From the NCBI GenBank assembly GCA_964035545.1, contig OZ037766.1, positions 13,878,722 to 13,942,721 on the forward strand: a DNA stretch of 64,000 bases, in the 5' to 3' direction. The notes under the pieces are model-generated. The model saw only the letters and a list, made by a program, of their open reading frames with translations. It had not been told where the DNA came from and did not search any database. A program made the position numbers and the translations under genes. This DNA comes from Bugula neritina. Its lineage: Eukaryota > Animalia > Bryozoa. Each line of letters opens with the position of its first letter. Within the stretch, counting starts at the first letter, position 1. Of the stretch, positions 1 through 9,000 are shown one piece after another.

Positions 1-36
1 AGAATGCTGCTATGTGCACTATATGCGCTTTTGTAG

Positions 37-3000
37 AAATGACGTTGTTCAACGTAGAACAGCCTCGCCTCTGGCTATACGAAGAAAGAAATGCAATATT
101 CCCAGGCCATTTACGCCACTGAACAATAACATTAGTCAAAAGAAACAAACCGCTGCTAGTTTTCTTGGGTCAGTTCAACAAGTGCTCTTTATCCTCGTCA
201 TGTGATTATTTCAAAAATTACAGTTTAATTCATTTTACTTTAATGAGTTCAATAGTTTTCAATTGAACAATAGCTTTCAGTATTTGCAGGAATGTTTCTA
301 TACATTAATAGCATTGCTTAATTGTGGTTTTGACTAAGAATGTTGTTCTTTTGAAGAGTAGTATATACATTTTCTGAGAAAATTGTAAAGTTTCAGCAGT
401 TTTCCAATTTTATAGCCACTTGTAAGAATCACTTTAACGCCAAATATTATCTTCTAATAACAATATATAACTCACCTAATCATTACCTGCCGTCTTTGGA
501 AAAGGTATAATGCATCAGTAAAGTAAACTGCATAAAAGAAATAATAAGAATAATAACTAATAGGATCACACAGTTCATAGCTTTTACGTCTTAAATTGAT
601 GAAGTTTTATGTAATGGTCTTTGAGTAAGTCATTCAAGATAGAAAGTAATAGTTGAATATTCAATGCTGAAATATTAGTAATTCTCTTGGAATTCAGACT
701 CAAGTTATCACAAGACAATAAGTTAGACAGTTTACTTTTGTAATGCAAGAAAACTTGGTGGATAAATTGCTCCCTTAGCCAAATTAACTCTTTGACGGAA
801 AGGAGTGAAAGTATAAAATTCTCATTTACACATGGAGTGCATAAGGTATGCATTTGGTAATTTGATTGCAGAGAAAGTTTGTTCAAGCAGCTGTGCTGCC
901 TGCACTGGCTGCTGAAGTCAATGGATCTTCCGGACGTTGCCACTATGACCCCAATCATCACATGCTGGCAGATGAAGTAGGTTACTGTGTGTTTAATGCC
1001 TTGAATGAAAACTTCAAAGGTTAAGTGCAGTTTGTTTCTTATTGATCTATTAAAGTTACTAGAAGTTATGGTTTTGTGATTTAGTGCTGATAAAATGGGA
1101 GGCATAGAGATCAACAAGAAGGCAGCGGAAGACAAGAAACAGCGAGACCAGCAAAGGTATGACAACTTATTCAAAGTTCCAAGACAAAAAGAAATCCGTA
1201 AACTTAAACCGAGGAGTGAAAAGCGCAGGTCTACATTTTTCCCAACTCGGCTTAGCAGGTAATTTATGAAATGCAGGTAGAGCTAGCTTGTTCTCTTCTT
1301 GAAACTCCTGATGCACATTTTATTTGTGTAATATTAGACTGTTGAATACATTTAACTTAGAATTTACGCCTATGTTGCTTTTGCGTCATTCACTTTCTAT
1401 TTTGCATGTTTAATGTTTGAGCTAAAATTAATAAAGAATATAAAATATGCTTGTCAACCAATTTGTAAACTATCAACCGCGTGAGCTGCATAGAATTCAT
1501 AGGATGTTTTCAATATAATAATCTTGGTTGCTACTGTAGCTGTGACAAATTTTATTTAACTTTATTCCATCATCAATTCAATTCAAAGAAAATATCTTTA
1601 CATTTTTATACTTTATTTAACAATTTTATAAAAATATTTTCTCATCATCTGCAACAATAATTTAAAAGAAAAACTTTAAGGCAAACTTTCAAAATAGTTT
1701 TAAAAACAGTACTGATAACAAAATAGACTAAGACGACTTAGATTAAAAGTATCATAAAGGTACTGCTGGTTACTATTTTTAGAATGTGATTGCAACAAGT
1801 TTTTTTTCAAGAGCTGGTTTAATGATTGCTGTTGTAGAGATGGTTCTATTGTGCAATCTACAAGGAGCCGTTCTGGGTCCTTAGCTCATAGCCAAACAAG
1901 TGAAGTCATGTCCTCAATTAATGACGGTACCTTATTAGCATTAGACGACTCCAGATTAGTTATCCCGGAAACCAGTATGGCAGCAGAAGGTAAAATAATG
2001 ATTAATCAAACATTTTACTATATCATTCTGTTGAAATTTTATTTACAAAGCATTAATTACTGTAAGCGTTTGTATATAATTAGACTTAATGAAATGGTGT
2101 GCTAATTATGCTGTCAGGCTAAAAATAAATATCCTGTCGATTGTAGAATAATGCAACTAATTAGCTGAATTATTAGCATTAAATAAATGTCTAAATAATG
2201 CACAGAGTCAATTTTATATAACCGCCTACACATGGTGTTATATAGGTACATATATGTTTATATATATCAATAATTAGTTGTCTAATTTCTAATAGAGAAT
2301 ATACCATAATATAGTTAATAAATGTCTGCAGACGTGTCTCCAAATTCGCTACAAGTGGTTTCTGGCGCTTCACAAAACTCAACAAACTCAACAGAAATAG
2401 AATTAACCACTAATGACAAGATTTCTATCAGATTACCAACTACAGGGCTATTGCATTCTTCAATCCAGTTATCTAAAGATGAACTTAAACAGCAAGAGCT
2501 GGCTGTAAGTGTAATAATTATATAGTGGTTTTGACGCATATCAAATAGAAATTATATATTGTAGTTTACAAAGATAATTCACCTATTATGTAGTCAAGAA
2601 AGCTTCACAGGTATTATTTTATTTGTTAAACTCTATTTAATTTATTTAGATTTCAGTCTTCTTCATTACGATTTTTGCTCAATGTAATGAGATTACATGC
2701 AATTGTTAATGCAGTACTCTACTCTTTTCTATATAATTATTTGATTATAGAAAATAATAAAAGCCCATTAGATTTATCATTAGACAGACATGAAATATTG
2801 AGTTATATTTAGTGGCTATTTATATTTGAATCAGACAAGTAAAACATTTTGTTGGAAGTGTAAGTTTTTACATGTACACTACTTGCAGAGGCAACTTGAA
2901 GAAGCTGCTAAGGCTGATAGTACTCCCATGGAGAGATTATCTCATTCTAGAAAATATAGGGCAACAGCAAATGTAAAGCCAAAATCTTCAAAGGAACTTT

Positions 3001-6000
3001 TAGAATTTAAAGCATCATGTAAAAGTAGTAAATTAATTAATAAATCTAAAGATCTAAAGCAGTCGTGGGCGGAAGTGAAAGAAGAAAAAGCGTTAAGACT
3101 CCATGATGAACTAGACTACCAGGAAAAGTAAGATTAATGAGCCAATATATTTATTCCCTCTCTTCCCTTCATTGTTTACAATTTGTGGTAGTTATCATAG
3201 TAATTGTAAAATAATTTTGCCCTCACTGGGAATCGAACCAAGACCTCTGGCTTGCAAGCGAGTGTGCTAACCATTACACCACGGGGACACTGGGTAAACT
3301 CAACGTTACATCCCACCCAGTTCTCTGAACTCCACTGGCCTATTTACTACTCCTTCAGTCTTCAGGCTCTCCTGGCCACTCAGCTTCCTCGCAGTACTAC
3401 TACACTTCACTTAAGGCCGAAATAGCTTGTAAAATAATTTTGCCCTCACTGGGAATCGAACCCGAGACCTCCGGCTTGCAAGCAAGTGTGCTAACCATTA
3501 CACCACGGGGACACTGGGTAAACTCAACACTACAGTAATGAGGCAGTATGAGTTAGTTTTCAACTATTTTAAATGAAATAATTTGAAAAAAATATCTTTG
3601 TTAGTTTGCATATATATGGTTGTTTATACTGTGGTGAAGAAAAACTAGCAGTACAGTGAGGTTAGGGGTATTGTTTTAATTTCTTGCTTATGTTTTCAAG
3701 GAATCGACTCAAAACATGTGAGGACAAGTTTAGTGCAATGAAAACTAGTGAAAATAGTTATCATAGAGCTTTGAAAAACATGAGACTTCAAAGTGAGCAT
3801 ATGAGGAAAGAATCTGAAAAAGAGAAGAACAAGAAGCAAGATCAGTCAAAATATGCCAAATGGTGCGTATAATATTAAAGAGGGACAAAGAAATTCTGTT
3901 TTAAAGATTTGTGCTTTTTGCTATTTCATTAACCAAGTTTGCTTTCTCTTTTTCATCCTTACAAAAAAAAATACTGTTATAGTTTTCAGATTTAGGGTTG
4001 ATGTGTCACCAAGAGAGTCTATTTAACACTAGAGAAACTTCACCAGTTAAGTCGAGTAGATATCGTTATATTTAATGCAAGAATACATAATAAAAATCCA
4101 ATGTACAACAGTAATGATACACACGTCTATTTAGTTTACAGCACTATCCTCAACTGAGCTAGTAGCGCGAAGCGGCTACTATTACTTATAAAACAGCTTA
4201 GCTAATTGGCTAATACATTGTTCCGGGTCAATACGCAACCTTGCGTATTGTGTTGCTGGTAGCTCCACGAGCCACCACACTGCCCCCTCCAGCAGAAAGC
4301 CCACTTTCTGATAAAATAAGATTTACATAAAAAAACGTATACTTCGTTGGGGGATAAGAGAACAGCGTAAAAGTATATAAAAAAAACAACAACTGGTAAA
4401 AAATATACAGGTATATATATCGTGCACTAAGTAATAAGCAAGAGAAGGTCCTATCTACATATAGAGTACGTGCCACCATTACGGTAGGGAATGCCACAGA
4501 GAGGTAGGGGAATGAGTAGTAGGGAGTGGTAGGTAGACTCGAGTTAACTGCGGGCCGCACGCTTCATGCGTTTAATAGACTCCTGTAAGTATTTGAGTTC
4601 ACTGGATGCTGCCTGTACCCGTGGGGCCAGCCTGTACACTTCTTGCTCCAAGTCATGCGCCCTAGCTTCTACCTCGCGTAGGTTACGGGCCCAGGGGGAC
4701 GAGCGAGAGGAAGTTGGCTGCCTGTGTCGTTTCCGCTCTGAGGATGGAAGAGGAGGAGGGAGTGTATACGCATTTGTGTCTACTCTCTGTAGTACGACAC
4801 GAGGAAAGGTATGCGGCATGCGTATAGGACTGTGAGGTGGAGAGTTAGCAGACTGTGTAGGTTTATCTGCGGCTCCAGAGATGATGGGTCGCGGGGAAGG
4901 GAAGCCTTGCTCCAGGCGAGATAGCCGAGCTGAGTCAGTGATGAGTGGTTTGATGGCGTTGAGAAAAGCAGGATAGGATGATTCGTCTACTTCATAGACA
5001 TGCCCTTGATAACACTGCATAGTACGTTGGTGCCGCAACAGGTAATCACGATTGTAGCTATATTCTCCGCAAGGGCAGAAAGTGGTTATGTAGTGTTGCG
5101 GCAAGTGTACTTTTAGTCTGCGGTGGGTCGTGAATCGCTGCTGGCAGAGGTTGCATTCACGATTACCCTCACCTCCTTGATGGGTCCTGATCTCTCTCTC
5201 TGTAGCAGGGGTAATCCAGTTGGAGGTTGCTTCCAACTGGGGTGGCAGTTTCCTGGTGGTAGAAGTTGTTGGGGCCGGCTCTGAGTCCCACGCCATCTCT
5301 AGAGAAGGCATGCCCGGAGAGACGGGCGCGAGTGTGTCTACAAAAGTAGAATTAGTGTTAGATCGCGGTGGATCTTTACAACCTAATTCTAGTGACTGTC
5401 GACCGTTGCTAGTCTGAGAGTCACTGCTTTTGGAATGCACTCGAGGAACTGATGAATCATGTGTGGACTGACCAAGAACAGTGTCTAGCTCCAGGTCTAA
5501 CAGACCATCGGCCATTACAGTGTCTTCATCGTCATTCACATGAAACGTGGTTCCCAGTAATTCTGATTCAATCTGCTGAATTAGTTCAGAATCTACTGGC
5601 ATCGAGCCCGTTTCCATGAATAGGAATACAAGACTTATACTGGCTTACCTGGGAACTCGGTATTAATGTCCATACTCAACGTTCTTGGTAAGGTTGGAGC
5701 TGGTTGTGAGATACGTCTGCCTTTGGCGATGTCAGCATAAGAAAAGGCTGAGCATCGTTTCTGAGGCACGAGGTCGGAACTATTTGCTTTACGCGCATTA
5801 ATTCCTCCCACTATTCCGCCCTCGCAAAAGTTGATATTTGCGTGGGGTTCACAACTCCAACATTTTCCCGTACGGTTTTCCCCTAGACTTTCATATGCGC
5901 CGCTTCTAATGCAGTCACATACGAAGTCTTTCAAATACGGTGGGGGTTTCCTCGTACGCTGTCCCCTCTCTCGGGGGGGTGACACACTTGCCGGTTCGTT

Positions 6001-9000
6001 AGTAGGGGCCTCTAATGGCGTCTCTACTTCACCGTTAGTGGTCACCTCTTCTTGTTCTCCGGATGGAGCCCCTCCCTCCGTGGGGGTTTGCACTTCCGGA
6101 ACCGGCTCGGTTTCTGGAAGTGATGGAATTAGACTTGGCGGTGGCGGACACGCTTCTGTTGACAAAAGCTGCCGCTCCTCTCTCACCAAGTTTTCCTCCC
6201 GCGGTATGACCACTTCGTATTCAGGTCCATGCCGCCGTCGCCCGCGCGTCGTTGTCTGCCTCCTGGGCTCTAACAACGGGGGGGCTTCTCCCACTCCGTC
6301 AGGGCTAGCCCAATACGGTTTCAAGCGAGACTCATTTTGGATAGACACCTGTCCTGAGCGCTCAATCTTGTACGTATGATTGGGCATCGCCTCGACGACC
6401 ACGTAGGGGCCTACGAACTTAGGCTTCAGCTTATCAGCCTGTCCGCGGCGCCTACGGTAATTGACCATCCACACCTTATCTCCTCTTTGATAGAGGGGTG
6501 GTTCATCGGAATCTTCGTGCCGCACCTTCCACTGCTGTTGGCGCAGTATCTCGTGTGCGGCCTTCATCCGTTCCACTAGTTCACTGGCATACTCATGGAC
6601 TGAGTTATCCTGCTCTGGAACGTGATAGGTGAGATGGTCAGGGACACGAGTCTCTCTCCCGAGCATCAAGAGGTTTGGGGTCTCACCAGTACTGGTGTGT
6701 GGGGTGCTACGGTATGCACGCATGACTTGCGGCAACACCGTATCCCATTCCTCTTGACCTCGTCCAAGGAGGAGACTCCGGAGCGCATCACCTAGCATCC
6801 GGTTGTTGCGCTCCACCACCCCGTTACCTTGAGGGTGGTAGGGGGTGGTCCTGCTCTGATTTACTCCCCAGAGGTGGCAAAGGTCGCTCATCAGTTGAGA
6901 CTGGAATTGAGCGCCTTGATCAGAGTGTATCTGTTCGGGAAGGCCAAAATAACAGAATACATGTTGGTCTAGTGCCCTGGCCACTGTTGGGGCTGATGCA
7001 TCTGGGATAGCCAGAGCATCCGCCCACCTAGTAAAGTGGTCGGTTAGTACTAGGATCCAATTATTGCCTCTGGGGGTCAGGGGCATGGGTCCGACCAGGT
7101 CTACAGCGACCACTTGCCAGGGCCTACCAGCATATAGCCTCCGCCGTCCTGCTTCACCAGGGGGGCGGCTATGCTTACTGGCCTGGCAGATCTCACACTG
7201 TTTGACTCTGAGCCGGACGTCACGCTCCATCTGCGGCCAATACCACCGGAGTCGTAATTTGGATATCACTCGCTTGACCCCTGCGTGAGCCTGCTTGTGA
7301 GTATCCCAAATCAACTCACGGCGGATGGCTGTGGGGCAGACTACCCTCTTCCTTTCCGGGTGTCTGCCGCTGGCAGCTAGCGAGATGGTTAGCAACCCAT
7401 CCTGCCCGATCCGCAGCGAGTCCCAACGCTGACAGTATAGCCGGAACTCGGCGCATCCCTGTCGTATGCGTTCCTCGCTGGGTCGTCGCCCTTCCCTTTT
7501 GGCCCGGTAGATGTCTGCCACGACTCCCGGCAGCTCTTCTTGGAGCTTCTTCAGCTCTCGAACATTACCGGCCAGTATAGGGTTGGCGCGGAGGTTTTGT
7601 ACATCCTCCGGGGACTCATCAACTCTTTGCCTGAGTTGACCTTGATCCCAGTCAAATGGTGCTCCGTGATGAGCCAGCGTCTCCAACTCGCATCGTGGGG
7701 GACCTCCATCCCTCCTCTCGATGTTGAGACACTGTTTGCAACCTCCGTCAGGTCGGCGACTCAACCCATCTGCATTGCTGTGTCTCTTGCCCGGTCGGTG
7801 TTCGATCTGGTACGAGAATTCAGCTAGGATTTCGAGCCACCGGGCGACCTGACTGGAGGGCTCTGCTCTCCTGCACAACCAGATCAGCGAGGCATGATCC
7901 GTACGCAGCCGGAACTTCCTGCCATATAGGTATGGTCGGAAGTGCTTCACTGACTTGATTACTGCCAGCAGCTCCTTGCGGGTAGTGCAGTAATTTCGTT
8001 CAGCGGGAGAGAGAGACTTGCTGTAGTAGGCTACTACTACTTCTCGGCCTTCCTGCACTTGCGACAGCACAGCGCCAACATTCTGGTCACTGGCGTCTGT
8101 GTCTAGGATGTACTCCAGAGTGGGGTCTGGGTAGGCCAAGATGGGCGCCGTTAGGAGGCAGCCCTTGAGGCGGTCGAACGCTTCTTGTTCGACTGGAGTC
8201 CACTGCCACGTCACTCCCTTTGCGGTAAGCCGGTTTAACGGCTGGGCTATGCCCGCAAAGTCTGGTATGTATTGCCTGTAATACCCTACCAGCCCCAAGA
8301 AAGCCCGGAGTCCGGTCAAGTCTTGGGGGGTGACCCAGTCTTCTACTGCCCGTACCTTTTCGGGATCCGTTGCCACGCCGTTTCGACCGACAACGTGCCC
8401 CAGGTACTTGACCTCCGGCTGCAACAGAGCGCACTTGGAAGGTTTGAGCTTAAGACCGGCACCTCGGAGTCTCTCGAAAACCTCCTGCAGACGACTGACA
8501 TGTGTCTCGAAGTCTGGAGAGATTACGATGACATCATCGAGGTAGACCAGCAGTGTCTTCCAATGGAGTCCGCTAAGGACTTGTTCCATCAGCCTCTGGA
8601 AGGTGGCTGGGGCGGAGGTTAACCCGAAGGGCAGCACCTTCCACTTCCACAAACCGTCCCGTGTGATAAACGCCGCTTTCTCCTGGGCGTCGGGACTCAG
8701 AGGAACCTGCCAATAGCCGCTTAGCAAGTCTAACGTACTGAAGTACTTGCTGCCGGCTAGGGCGTCCAATGACTCGTCAATACGAGGTAGAGGGTAGGCG
8801 TCCTGTATGGTTACGCTATTGAGTTTGCGGTAGTCCACACAGAACCGCCAACTGCCGTCTTTCTTCCGGACCAGTACGACTGGCGAGCTCCACGCACTAT
8901 GGGCGGGCTCTATCAGTCCCCGGTCCAGAAGATCCCGTACTTGTCGGCTAACCTCCTTCTCTTTCTCCGGCCCCAGCCTGCGCGTGGGCTGCCGGACAGG

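Larger units (their letters stand above)
3205..3534 (-). mobile_element. TRIM (non-autonomous miniature LTR retrotransposon) with tRNA-derived LTRs, Helenus/Cassandra-like architecture
   Basis: Direct repeats 3205-3310 and 3428-3534 (TG...CA ends, about 5 substitutions plus 1 indel). 5-bp TSD GTAAT at 3200-3204 and 3535-3539. 117-bp internal region, with a purine-rich tract on the minus strand (3311-3326) abutting the 3' LTR. Lies in a CCDC60 intron. Confidence 0.88.

Noticed and set aside
584-1174. 196-aa minus-strand ORF
   Set aside because: Antisense to CCDC60 exons and introns, non-ATG start, no motifs.
3218-3512. Two functional tRNA-Ala(TGC) genes
   Set aside because: Anticodon, T and acceptor stems are mispaired, and both copies are embedded in TSD-flanked LTRs.
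4228-4560. Hydrophobic 110-aa ORF as a small fusogen
   Set aside because: Non-ATG start (first ATG at 4479), runs through the PPT into the LTR, and its hydrophobicity follows from the T-rich 3' UTR. No myristoylation motif or polybasic segment after the hydrophobic stretch.
4544-5617. env gene
   Set aside because: No signal peptide or transmembrane anchor is seen; zinc fingers and an NLS-like motif point to a nuclear protein.
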